Shown here piece by piece: positions 36,421 through 49,774 of a stretch of DNA of 64,000 nucleotides. The notes under the pieces were generated by a model, which saw only the letters and a list, made by a program, of their open reading frames with translations, was not told where the DNA came from and did not search any database. Both the position numbers and the translations under genes were made by a program. Within the stretch, counting starts at the first letter, position 1, and each line of letters begins with the position of its first letter. The stretch lies in NCBI RefSeq assembly GCF_964355755.1, contig NC_092670.1, forward strand, positions 11,084,795 to 11,148,794. Direction: 5' to 3'. This DNA is from Antedon mediterranea. Its lineage: Eukaryota; Animalia; Echinodermata.

Positions 36421-37786
36421 AAGTTTGATGTTTATTGAAAAATGATCACACTGGTTTATATATTCTATGTTGTCGTTAGATTAAAGTAATTTTTCTATTC
36501 AATCTTTAGTTTTCAATGTGGGTGATCTGAATCATATCCGAGTTACAACCGATGCCTACATGCAGTACCAAATACTGTAGTCTATACAACACGTTCATTT
36601 GGTTTGATTTTATACTAGGTTACCGGTAATTCAATCCTGGAATATATACTGTGACTTCTTGAAGAGCACTTTAATTATATAAAAATAAAGAGAACATTTT
36701 TTAGGCAAATTTAACCACAACAAAATATCAATACCAATCATCATTGATATGAATTTCCATGTAAAGAATCAATTTATTTAATATAGAAGTTTGCAAAAAT
36801 TGTATACTTACTCATTTCAATGTAACAAAATTCAGGCGTTCAAAATGTGTTGTTTTCAACTGACGACAAACACGATCTTTCTGGTTATAGTTGACCGACA
36901 AGCAATCCGATTTTTGTTAACATTCCAGCAAACAATTTAGTTTGTGTATATTTTTCAACTCATAACTCCAACCTTCAAGAGCATGCCCCTGTAGGATAAC
37001 AGTATAATAATATGTATTGATCGAATCATCACTGACAAAATGGGAAGAAGAAAGACAATAATTAAAGTTAAAGTTACCATTGCGACGTTTTACAATTATC
37101 TATTGACGAATGAAACGGTTATCGTGCCAATGAAATCTACAATTCGCCTTCAAATACTCGTCGTATGTCGTATGAGTTTTTTAACCATTTGGTACGAACT
37201 ATACTTTCATCTTATATGTATATGAAGATACAGTAGATATTCCATTATCCAACCAAATCAATAGACAACTCAGTGTGCACCAATCAAAATGGTGATAATA
37301 ATGTCTGATTTACATAATAATGCATGAACAAAATTAAACATTAAGATATACATGCTCTTTTCTTTTTTTAGACGCATTTTTTTGTATAAATTGTGTTTTA
37401 AGTTTAAAATACAAAATACAATATTTAAAATACAGATTGCCTTCTAAAACTTTGGTTTGCTATTCGTATTTCAATTGAATCGTGCGTTTGTACGCATTAC
37501 CTCTTTTTTTTATTGAAATGAAAAATTGCAATGACATTGATATTCTTTTATTTCTGTGTAATTTCTTTTTCTCACCTTTAAAAGTATCACCGGTTAAAAT
37601 ATTGGATAAAGAGGTTTAATTATTCCTTGTTCTTCATTGTTCTTTCAGGCTTGAGGCTGTCCATTACGGGTGTCTTCCTTTGTGTCCTAACCAGCTGGTT
37701 TATCCTGAAATATTTCCAAGTAATTTGAAATAATCTAAGATGATTACGATTAATTTCAGTATTCTGGATAAACAAAATTGTAAATA

Positions 37787-39133
37787 CTAGAGGATGAGCT
37801 CGCTTCGCTCGCTCCCCTTCTAGGAAGTGTAGACGATGGTTCTCGGAATGATAAGGTTCTCCTTATACGTTTTCTGTCGGTTACCATTATTGAAAATGCT
37901 TGACATTCGTAAAACTGAACTACTTTGTTTCACAGTGTTTTAGATGATTAATAAAATTTTAAAGTATAGTTTTTATTGTTTGGTAGGGCCCTTTGAGGAG
38001 GCGGAGGTCATTTGAGGGAGGTGCTTATTCGAGGGAAATATGTTAAATTTTTTAGTTTTAATAATATGGTAACATTTATAATCAAATGAAATCCTCTAAT
38101 AGATATGAAAACTGGTAAAAAAAAAAAACAAATGCTTGGTAAATTGTAGATAACAGTGCGGTGAATTCTACTACAAATAGTATAATTGTGTTATTATAAA
38201 TATGTGGATGGATGGACGTTTATTAGATAGTTGGGTTGGGGGAGGGTTATTATTCAAAGTGATGTTTTATAGGAGAGGCGTTTATTCAAATGAATACCAT
38301 CCTAATAATTATTAATACATTATTTAATTTAATCATCTTTTGAAACTAACTGCCGTGACAGAGTGGGCCCAAGAAAGAAGACATTACGGCTTGCAACATG
38401 GGCAGACATCTCGGTCCTAACGGGACACAGGAAGATAGCCTACAGTTATTCCTGCAAGCTTACTCAATAAAACTCAGCTATCGGGATTTCACTCGAAAAA
38501 TGTCTTATCATCAAATCTCCCTATGTAATTTTACAATACTATTCCCCACAATATATTCTGATTCTTTTAATATTTAATTTGATCTTTATTAATTTGCAGT
38601 ATAATTTCTATTATTTAACTACTGTACCTTCACACACGCGCGGTATGTTTTAAAATAAACAAAAAACTGAAATGGCTATGACAACTTTCAGTCCTACTAT
38701 CTGATTTTTTTTTCGTCTTCCAAAGGGACACTCTATTGATTGATGGAAAGTGCCTGTTTCCAGTCACCTTTAGGGTCAAATCTATTATTTTAACTGCTCC
38801 CTTGTGTATAAAAGAGAGAAAATATTTGAAGCCAGGTTGTTGCAAGGTGAACTTATCTTAAATCTTAAACCCGGAAATTACTTTGACCGGGAAGAATTGA
38901 AATTGAGATGAAAATCTAATGTTGAAATCATAATTTTTTTTTTAAACTCTTTATAATATCTTCCTTAGATAGAAATATGGAACAATAGCGTCGCTGTGAA
39001 CACTAATGTTATCAAAATCTACGTTTCGCGGTACATCTCAGATAGATAAGGTAGGTATCCAAGGCGGAGATTTGTACCGAAGTTTTTGTATTGTGCTTGC
39101 CTATGTCAGAATTAACCATAATTTATATATAGA
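37787..39133 (-). mobile_element. Non-autonomous Helitron family B
   Basis: A|TCTATATATA 5' end at 39133; GAGCGAGCGAAGCGAGCTC hairpin region + CTAG|T 3' end at 37787; empty site visible in the paralogous region at ~7735. Confidence 0.85.
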
Positions 39134-40806
39134 TATGGCGCCACTGCAATGAAGTCACTTTCTCTTGGAATCTCTTTTATTTTTATAATATATGATGAAG
39201 ATTTTTAATCAAATTATATTGAATTACTTTTTTCAATATCTTCTGATGACTGTTTACAATACAAAACATCTACAGCGATTCTCTGCACTGCTTTCAAGTC
39301 AAGAATCAAAATGGTATCAACATTTTCTAAATTGAAGAGAAAATCATATAAAACTAGATTTGAACTTTTCACTTAACAGTAGTTAGGTTTTCCACGCGCA
39401 CAACAACAACAACGTGCACAGTAATTTGCTATAACCATCCCATAATCGGAAGTAAATATGTTTAAAGTGCTGAATTGTGTCTACCTGTACTTTGTGCACG
39501 TTGTGTTTGCGTGGGTAACCGAAGTGACAATCTAGTTAGCCTTAGGTAATGGAATGCAACGTAATACAAGCAGTTGACCAATAACAAGGGATAGTTTGAA
39601 TAATCCATTGCTTGCGTTGCATTATACATTTGCGTAGTTTGTATGTATTTCTGTAGTATTTATATTCATTTGAATATAATATTTCACCACTGTAATTAAA
39701 TAAGTTGTTCAATATTCAAATATTGAATCAACTCGACTCTTTAAATCTCTTTTAGGAGACATGGGACATAAGAAAACTTGTTTATCTCCAAGAAATTACA
39801 TATATATGTATATTATTTATATTACAGGCTGTATATTTATATTATATTTTTATAAAAATGTTTAATAAAATTAAACAAATACATTATTGTTGTCCTATAT
39901 TGAATTCCGTGTTTCAATCTCTTTTGATGACTATTTATACAAAACAACAGCTGCGACGATTCTCAAGCAACAACAAGTTAAGAATCAAGTCAATTCAAGT
40001 TAAGTAAATGTATTGTCATTTGTAAACATATAAAAAACATTTACATTGTAATGAATATGAACGGTTTCGGCTAACAGCAAATAAATATAATTTAAAGTAC
40101 GTGGTGAAACACATTTTTACTTTGTACGTTGTTTACAGAATTTTTCAGCCGTTGGCTGCCTTCTGTTTGTACTATTTATGTGTTTTTTTTTAATGAATAA
40201 ATACTTATATATATATATATCCCCCGTCGGACACCATCCCGGTATTTCTAGAACTGGTAATGGTATCACAATATTTTCAAGATAGAAGGGTAAATCATAA
40301 AGTTTGGTTTTTATTAATGCAAGTACCTTGACCAACAAGTAATAGATTATTGGAACTGTCGCTTGTCATTGGTTAATTTCTTGCGTTGCGTCCTAGTGCT
40401 TAAGGCCAATTTTCGAAAATGGCCAAAAAGCGATATGTTGAGGTAACATTAGGTGATTTTGACTCTTTGATTCTCTTTTAGGAGACAAGACATAAGAAAA
40501 CGTATGCAAAAATCTTCAAGAAATTACATATATGAATATTTAATTTACCGACTGTATATTTATATTATATTTCATGAAAATGTTTAAAGAATCAAACAAA
40601 TACATTATTATTGTCTTATATTGAATTACCTGTTTAAATCTCCTTTTATCACTGTTTATACAAAAATTATTTAAACAGCTGCGACGATTTTCAAGCAACA
40701 ATTATATTACGTTGCTTTCAACTCAAGAATCATAATGCTATTGCAATATTTTCAAGATTGAAAGGGAAATCATAAAGTTTGGTTGTCATTACTGTACTTG
40801 TACCAC

Positions 40807-41333
40807 CCTGTACTATAAATAGTCCAGGCATTTTTTTTGAAAATGGCCAAAATATCCACAGAATGTTGAGGTAACATGCGCAGAACACGTTATGCGATTC
40901 TGCGCATGCCAATTATGATATAAAATCATGAAAAAATAAAAGGGTCGTAATTTGGTACAGGGTTTTGTTAAAAAATGGCCAAAATATAGACTTTTTAAAA
41001 TATTGAGGTAACATGCGCAGAACAAATTGTTCGAGTCTGCAGATGCGCAGGACACATAATTCGATTCTGCGCATAACAATTATGCAAAAGTAACCAGTTA
41101 TGTGAAAAAACAAAAGAGTCGAAATTTGGCTAATTTCTCTGTACTATAATACATTGATTTTTTCGAAAATGGCCAAAATATCGACTTTTAAAATATGTTG
41201 AGGTAACATGCGCAGAACATGTTATGCAATTCTGTGCATGTCAATTAGGATATAGTAACCAGTTAGGTCTATGTGAAAAAATAAAAGGGTCAAACTTTGG
41301 CCAACTTTCGAAATTTTCCCTGTACTATAGTAC
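40807..41333 (+). repeat. Complex satellite, left block (AAAATGGCCAAAATA..GTTGAGGTAACATGCGCAGAAC..TTCTGCGCATG)
   Basis: Same motifs and orientation as 48839-52990. Confidence 0.85.
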
Positions 41334-41384
41334 TACAAATAACCCATATGTGCTGTAGAATTGGACAATGAATTGAACAACTGA

Positions 41385-41520
41385 TTGACCAATCAGAGCA
41401 GCGGAAAGCGTTCCAAAAGTTGAACAATCAGAGCACTGAAAAGTGACGTAATCAGAGCATTACAAAAATTGTTCCAAATTTGTCATTTTGACCAATCAGA
41501 ACACTGAAAAGTGACGTAAT
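41385..41520 (+). promoter_or_regulatory. Candidate promoter: repeated CCAAT boxes and CRE-like GTGACGTAAT
   Basis: TTGACCAATCAGA at ~41385 and ~41488; GTGACGTAAT at ~41443 and 41511; splice donor AG|GTAAG at 41690. Confidence 0.45.
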
Positions 41521-43001
41521 TAATATGTGACTTCAACAAGTTTTTCACAACACAAACAATGATGAGATTTTGTCCAGAGACTTACATGCGACAACATCTT
41601 TTTACAAATCCTCTAGACTTATTATTATTAATTTCAAGGCGAATTCTGGTAGTAGCTGTATTCAACTCGAACGTGTACTTGCATTAAAGGTAAGAGCGAA
41701 ATTGATTTCATGCTTGAAATCGGCATTTAAAGTGTTGATAACTTGTTTGGCCTAGGCCTAGCCATAGTCAATAGAAACTATGCCATGCATGGCCTAGCAA
41801 ATGTGTTTGTATGGGTGCCGACGCTAATTCTTGTTGGCGGTAGTCTGCTCTGTGTGTGGTAAAATGCATTTGCTATTATTACTTATCCCCCTAATTACCA
41901 ATAGGCCTACATATATTTCATAAAGTATTAACAATAACGCATGCCTTTACTATATAGCCTAGGCCTAGCTAGTAGGCTAGATAGAAAGACCTCTAGGACT
42001 AGGTAGGCCTAGATCTTTTTTGGTTGCCATGAATTGTAAGTCAAACCATGGGCCTGTAAGGGCTAGGCCCTAGTAAGACGCTACCTACTTAGGGCTCTCT
42101 GTTATTTTTTTTCTTCAAAACTTACTACAGTAGTTTAGACTAGGCCTAGGCTTAGATTAGTATTTATCGTAGAACCATCCCATAGTAAATAAATTTAGTT
42201 TAAAGTAATTAAGCTATTCTTTAAAGTTTAATTTATTTAATATTTTAACAATCCTACTACTAGTTAGACTAGCCTATGTACCCTGTAATAGATTTTAGGC
42301 CTAAACATAATTTTAAACTATAAAAAACTAAATGTGTGGTGTATCAGAATAGCATCCATGGGAAACAGACTAAAGCCTTGTTCACATGTCAACCCTTTTA
42401 ATTGATAGATAAACAATTTAACTTTTATTATAATGATTGTTTAATTAAGTGTAGGCTTCAACTCTTTGATCTAAAGCATTCGTTTAATTAGGCAATCAAC
42501 TGTATTTGTGGATTTAGATAAGATTCTCAAATAATTTGATTGCATTAAAGGAAGTGCTCAGGGATCAAAGAGTTGATACATACACTGTTTAATAAACAAA
42601 GATTATTCAATTTACTCTAATTTATGTTGTAATTCTTTATATAGTTTTTTTTAATTGAAAAAAAAACATAATTATTCATATGTAATATTTTCTTAATTTA
42701 ATTTAGATAAAATAGTTTGTTCTTAGTAGATATGTTTTAATGCTATATGTAATTCATTTTATTAATATTTTACATTTAAAGTCTTGGTCTACTATTAATT
42801 ATTACTTGAGAAATTTTAACCCACAGATATTTTATTTTATTTAGATTTGATTTTCTTTTATTTACAGCCATTTACTACAACTGCACGGTGCACAGTGGCA
42901 TTATACGGGTAAAATTTTCTTTTTTCACATACTTTACTTACATATATTTTTGCCTTTGATCAGGTTTTTTAGTTTTGCAGGTGTTCAATAGACAGTACAG
43001 T

Positions 43002-46000
43002 ATGTTCAGACCAACTTTTCGGCGCAGTGAAGAGGGTGCCTTAATTCTTGAAGATACATCTGCTGCTGTAGTATTTAACAGCTTGAGAAAACGACCAACT
43101 GGCAAGTGTCTAACTCCTGATGATGTACGGCAAGATGCCTTGAAGGAGGTGTGCAGGCTGGGTGGAAACACCAAAGATGAATGTGATGTGTTGGGCTGCT
43201 ACAAGTTTCAGCATAGTAAATACAGTGGACAAACATTCAAGTGGATGGTCGAAAATGTACTGGAATATGCAGTATGTTTTGTTATTAAAATGGCTAATGA
43301 AATTCCAAGTACAAGTTCACTTAGTATTAACAAATTCAACTTTAAGAGGTACTTGGAGTCTTTCCCAGAAGGCAAAGAAGCCATAGCAATGAAAGAAATA
43401 AAACGCCGCAGGAAATGCCCAACTAGACAGACATCGTACATACCTGTTGGTATTAAGCTACAAAAGGTTGAGGATGTCACAGATGAAACACTTTATGGTA
43501 CTGATGTCTTTGATGCTTCTTTGCAACCATCAACCTCATATGCACCAGGTAAGACTTATTCCATATTTGTGTTTTTTGTGCATTTTCTAAATTAATAATT
43601 TTAGGTTTTGCATTTTTAGTGCCTGTGTATGTTGTAGGCTTGCTGGGTTTACGTTTTTTTTTATGCATTCATTTATACTCAATCATAAAATCGTGTTGTT
43701 TAAATACATTGCTTTATAGCATACTGTAGATAGCGAATGAAAGTAGTTTACTGCTAAATATTCTTTAATTTTCCGTCTTACAGCTCAACCAAATACATCT
43801 TATGAACCTGTTAGTACTATGCCATCCACTACAATAACTATCAAACAGAGTGAAGGTAGTTTATTTCAGTGTAATTTTAATTATTTTGTTTGATTTTTAA
43901 AACTAGAAAATGAAAATTACATAATGTAGTTTCATTAATTATACAATTTTGTTTTGGTTTTTCTTGCAGATTGTCTCATACCAGATAAATGGAAGAAGAA
44001 CTTGCCCGAGATCGATCAGCAGTGGATTTCAAACACCTTATTCAAGAAATCGAAGAAGGGGACTGCAGAGTTGGATTCAACTAAACTCAAACAACTTTGG
44101 TATTATCCACCTCAACCGGATCCGCTCAACAAAAACATACCCATGGCCAACAGTTACTTCGGTCATCGTCTTCTTCTTTGGTTGCCCCGCAAGACTTGGC
44201 AGGTCAAGCTGGTCTGCCCTCGGCCAGAATGCAAGAGCTATCCACTAACATCAGGCGGCCTCCATGGAATCGTTCGTCCGGTCCTGGATTTAGACTGCCA
44301 CTACTTTCTTGCAACAGAGCAACTGAGGTGCTCTAATTGCAAACAAAGACAAATTGGCTGGAGTGAAAACATTTTAAAGCAACTTGATTTAGCACATCGC
44401 CTTCAGTTTCCTGTTGTACTTTCGTATCACTTGGCCTGCGACAACCGGGTCCTGCAGCTTCTAAAGTACCGCGGTCTCGGTAACAGTCCATCACAGCTTC
44501 GCCAACAAGTCTTAGAACAACACACAAGGCGGTGGAATGAGAGAGTGGCTCTCTACTTAGAAAATTGCAAGAAGTTCTGTGGTTCTCGTGATGATTATGT
44601 CATTGCTGCTTCTAAATTTGATGAGGTGTCTAAAATGATTCCTGTTCCCTCTGTCCAATGGTTCCTTACCATCTACTGCAACGAAGTAATGGGAAGAATC
44701 GACGAACTCAAGGCTTCTATCACATCGACGTTCGGAAGAGTGTTGAAAATTGACTCGACCAAAAGGGTAAATAATTTATAAACAATACTATTTCTGCAAT
44801 TTACTTTTAATTATTTGAATTTTTTTTTTTTTGCAGATTGTGGGGAAGCTTTCTTCCTAATAAATTTGTTTGGGTTTTTTTGCAGATTGTAAGGAAGCTA
44901 GCCGGTCGTGCATGTGGAACAGGAGCGTGGGCAACAAACGTCGGAAATGAGTACGGCCAGGTGCTCATTACAGTCCTGACTGCTGCAGAAGGATGTGGCT
45001 TAAACAACATGACAAACGGCATCATTAACCGATATGCTTTGGCAGGCGTACCTCCTCCCGAGATTCTCTACGTCGACCGTGACTGCTGCGGTCATTCAAG
45101 CATAAGGAAGATGTTCAGCGCCTGGCCTGACATGAAAATTCGTCTGGACATCTGGCACTTCATGAGGAGAATTGCTGCAGCTTGTTCAACAGAATCACAT
45201 CAGTTGTATCCGATATTTCTCAAACGTCTTTCCGCTTGCATTTTTGAGTGGAGCGCTGACGATGTTGAACTTCTGAAGCTCGCCAAGGGTGAACAGCTCA
45301 TTGCAAGCAAGAAGCATTCCAACCCAACAGACGACATCATATTGAAAAACATCAGCAAGAAGGAGTATGCTTTACATTGTCGCAGGACAACACGAGGGAC
45401 TCGCGAGACTGCCAACCTAATCCGAGAGCTGCTGACTTCCCTCGATGGTGAAGAAGGCCGTGACACAATGGGCGTCCCACTCTTAGACTCTGAACAGACC
45501 TGGGATATCTGGAGCTCACAAGAGCGACACATCGCCTGCATCCAGGATCCAGAAGGCATCCCGCTCTACACAAAAACCAGTGAGATGCTTAAGGGTGGAG
45601 TTACCTTGCCAGTATATCGTTGCGCAAGAGGCTCCACTTCTTTGGAATTGTTTCATCTTCACCTTAACAGGTTTATTCCAGGTACAGTATTACTTTTTAT
45701 TTGGTATCTACCAAATCTTCAAACCGATCTACAGATTTTTGTATTATTTCATTATTATGGATGTTTTATTTTTTTTTCAGGTGAGCGTGCTAGCGACTTA
45801 CATTTCCAAGCTTACCTGATGGATGGACTTGTTCAATGGAATGCAAACCGTGCACTAGCCGCTACCCAGTCTGGAGGACCCATCTCCAGTACATATAGTG
45901 GACTGCATCAGCATGCTCTCAACATACTGTCAGAGCAAGTGATTGGCAAAAAAGTGTACAAAAGTTTTATCATTCCAAACAAGTACACTGGAGAACTCAT

Positions 46001-47603
46001 CGGAGTGGAGTACCTGTACAACCAGTCGAACAAAGTGCTCGAAACTCAATTTCCTGTCAAAACAGATACCATTTATGATGAAGACTTTGATGAAGAAATT
46101 TACACTTTTGATGTTGATGAAGGGTATGATGACAAGACTCAACCAGACTACAAACCACCTAAGCGTTGTTTTAAACCTCGAAATGCTAAAGAACCCTCAC
46201 CACCCCAGCTGGAGCCCTTGCCTTCATGTGACGATAATGATGATGATGATGGTGAAGGAAAAGCAGCCCTTTTTGACACAGTGAGTTAAATTTGTATCAT
46301 TAGCTTCTACCTCACAAATTTTGTTTCTGTTTTGAAATACAATGCACGAGTCTGATTATATATTTTGTTTTCATATTTTACAATTTAGGAACTTGAGGAT
46401 TCCACTGGACCGGACAACATTCCAGGCTACGCCAAAGTTGAAGCCCTGGCAGACTACCTTATGCAGTTTAAGGAAGACAGTGGAGTGATAAGTCAAAGTC
46501 ATGCTGAACATGTCGCAAAGTTGTGGAACAACCTGGATGCTTATGACAAAACCATTAAGCGCAAAGCACGGCATCAAGATTACCTGACGAAAGGCAGGTT
46601 CAAGAAAAGTAAAACTACTTCCGTAATACCTGGTGTCGAAAGCACTCGACGGTAAGGCAGTTTCCAGCGTTTTTTACTTTGTTGCATGATGTGTCTTAAA
46701 TCTAACTTGTTTCTTTGGTTTTTTTTTAAAAAGATGCTTCTTAGGTCAGAACACCGGGCCAGCTCAGTGGCCGGACTGCAATCGATATATGGAGTGCATT
46801 ATTACAAAACTATGTGAAGCGTATCCATCTACCGTATCTATCGAAGGTAAACGTTTCCAGCGCTGGCCGCTCATTACCAAAGGCTACAAGAACATTCGTC
46901 GGAAAGTGCTGTCGAATGGACACCTGATGTTGTTTGCTAAGCTTCAGTTGATGGAGATAAATCGTACGACACTCATCCAGTGGTGAGTTTTTACTTGTTA
47001 TTGATTGTTATTTTACGCTACAGTAAATACATTAAAGTTTTTAAATACTGTGTTTGATTTATTTTCAACAGGTACAACAGAACGTCAAAGAAGCAAGAGC
47101 GGCAAGTGTTGGAATCTGGCATCTCGGCAACAATACCCAAACTTGTCTCTGATAAAACCCTACTTGAACCTTTAACCAAGCCAGCGGTGCTAAACGTTCA
47201 TACAAGCGCTCCATCTTTCACATTTGTCCTACCAAAAAACACTTCCGGCCTAGCGACTCTAGGAAACAGACCGTCGATCCCAGTTCCTGGCGAGATAGCA
47301 AAACCACCACCGTCAGTCCCTGAGGCTAGCAGTACTCGTATTCCTAGAACTACCCTCTTGTACAGAAAACGAGTGGCTAAAGACATATCGGAAGGGAAAC
47401 CGATCAAAATATACAAACCAAGAACGTCTGCGATTGTGTGCTCAAAGTGTAAGCAACCAAGATTAAATAAGAACCACACTCAGTACTATGGAAATTGGTA
47501 TTGTGCTGCAACATCTGATGTGACTTTTAAAGAATGGAAATCGGCTATAGTTGCCATCCGTCGCCTTCATCAAGAGAGGAAAAAAAAGCAGCAAAAAGAA
47601 TGA
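43002..47603 (+). CDS. Transposase-like protein (DUF6729-like region, D-D-DxxH-E), 8 coding exons, 1251 aa
   Basis: Exons 43002-43548, 43784-43855, 43970-44766, 44886-45681, 45781-46280, 46389-46651, 46734-46982, 47072-47603; all GT-AG and phase-compatible, 3756 nt without stops; motifs LKIDSTK, LYVDRDCC, RLDIWHFMRR, RGSTSLELFH, C-terminal CSKC..H..C. Confidence 0.85.
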
Positions 47604-49774
47604 TTCCAAATGATTGTTGTAGCCATGGATAGTTTTTATACTGTTTCGTATATCTTCAATTTTTATTTGTTCTGTGATTTTATATTCACTTTTTACAAAA
47701 TATTTGTATTTTATGCAATTTGGCCATTGGGCCACCATATCTAATGGTATTCTGAATGTGCAGTAAAGTTAATAATAATAATAAAAAAAAAAAGTTTTTA
47801 ATGCTGCCAAATCCAAAGAGCAATGATTAATGTTGTAAATTATTTTGTAATTTTTATAAATTACATTCAGTTTTAATTATTACATTATAATTTACATTAT
47901 ATCATTCATTGCACTTTGTATTTGAAGGTCCCAAGCCCTTACAAAAAAAGCAGAGGGGAAACTTTTGCAGTTGAGTGTACATTAAATGGTGAATTCTATA
48001 TTCTTGTCAAGACTATTTCCTTAGTAGTGTAAATTCTCAACTATTTTATATTTATTTCAAGAGCAATTCCACTACAATTCATTTTGATGTGAATCAAATA
48101 ATTCATTCCACCAATTCTAATAATATATTTTGATAATAACTCATACTATAGAGGTTATTATCCAGTAACCTTCAGTTACTCCTCTTACAGTTACACATAT
48201 CCTATGATACCATGTGGCCTAGAAAAAAAGCCCCAGACAAAGTTAACGGTAATTTTGTCAAAATTTTTGAAAAAGGCTAACTTATCAAACTACTTGGAAT
48301 ATGGTTGGCCAATCAGAAGTCAGGGTGGGTTTTTGTAAATAGTTACATAGTATTTAACATATATATACAATTTTGATTGACAATTGTTCACACCCTAAAA
48401 ACACAACAAAAAACGTCTCGTCATATTAAAAGAACTAACAATTAATACAACATACATATTGTAGTCGAATTTACCGTGTTTTAAAAAACAAAATTCATGT
48501 ACTGTAGTACAAGGATTTTTCGAAAATTGGATAAAAAAAATGTCGACTTTCTCAACTTTTAACAAAAAATTTAAGTCTTATTATTCTATTATTTAATATT
48601 TTTATTCATTTAATACATCGATCATGTGATAAACCCCTAAAATTGACAGTTTTTAGTATGCCGGTATTCAAAACAACCTCCTAGATTCTTGGGTCCCATT
48701 GGCCAATTGTCTAGTTTCCTCATTATCTAATGACCCAGTCCAATTCAGTTTTAATGACCCCACATGGCTCTGTCCATTTCTTGTCCATTTATTTTTGCGT
48801 TCTTTACCGTTTCGAGTGAGAAGATTGAGCTGTACCCTTAGTACAGGGTTTTGTTAAAAAATGGCCAAAATATAGACTTTTTAAATGTTGAGGTAACATG
48901 CGCAAAACAAATTGTTCGAGTCTGCACATGCGCAGAACACATAATTCGATTCTGCGCATAACAATTATGCTATAGTAACCAGTTATGTGAAAAAATGAAA
49001 GAGTCGAAATTTGGCTAATTTCTCTGTAAAATACATTGATTTTTTGTCGAAAATGGCCAAAATATCGACAAATATGTTGAGGTAACATGCGCATTTATTC
49101 AATTCTGTGCATGCCCATTACGATATAGTAACCAGTTAGGCATATGTAAAAAAAATAAAAGGGTCAAACTTTGGCCAATTTTCGAAATTTTTCCTGTGCT
49201 ATATAGTACACGGATTTTCTCGAAAATGGTCAAAATAACGACTTTAAAAAAATGTATGTTTATGCGCCGAACACACGATTCTGCGCATTCCAATTATGAT
49301 ATAGTAACCAGTTATGTGAAAAATTAAAAGGCTCAAACTTTGGCCAATTTTAGAAAATTTCCAAAATATCGACTTTAACAGAATGATGCAGAACAAGTTG
49401 TTCGATTCTGCACATGCGCCGAACACATGGTTCGATTCTGCGCATGTCAATCATGATATAGTAACCAGTTATGTAAAAAATGTTAAAGGGTCGAAATTTT
49501 GCTAATTTTTGAAAATTTCCCTGTAGGCCTACTATAGTACAGTGTTTTTGCTCAAAATGGCCAAAATATAGACTTTTTAAAATGTTGAGGTAACATGCGC
49601 AGAACAAATTGTTCGAGTCTGCGCATGCCAATTATGATATAGTAACCAGTTATGTGAAAAAATAAAAGGGTCAAATTTGGCCAATTCTCGAAAATGGTCA
49701 AAATATCGATTTTTGAAAATATGTTGAGGTACGTAACATGCGCAGAACACGTTATGTGATTCTGCGCATGCCTA

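Larger units (their letters stand above)
22307..37080 (-). pseudogene. PAN/Apple + FReD paralog 2, probable pseudogene
   Basis: Exons 37080-36812, 26591-26455, 26050-25789, 22545-22307. Exon 1 has a frameshift after LLP, an internal deletion and stop; exon 3 donor is AT (25788-25787) where paralogs have GT. Confidence 0.85.
41334..48838 (+). mobile_element. Putative Dada-like DNA transposon lacking TIRs, 6-bp TSD TAGTAC
   Basis: TAGTAC at 41328-41333 and 48839-48844; removing the insert restores CCCTGTACTATAGTACAGGG, matching the satellite site at 51360-51381; encodes a DxxH-type DDE-like protein. Confidence 0.6.

Noticed and set aside
41334-48838. Terminal inverted repeats for the transposase element
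   Set aside because: Only a 4-bp TACA/TGTA match offset from the TSD and a loose subterminal TGGACAA similarity; not a true TIR
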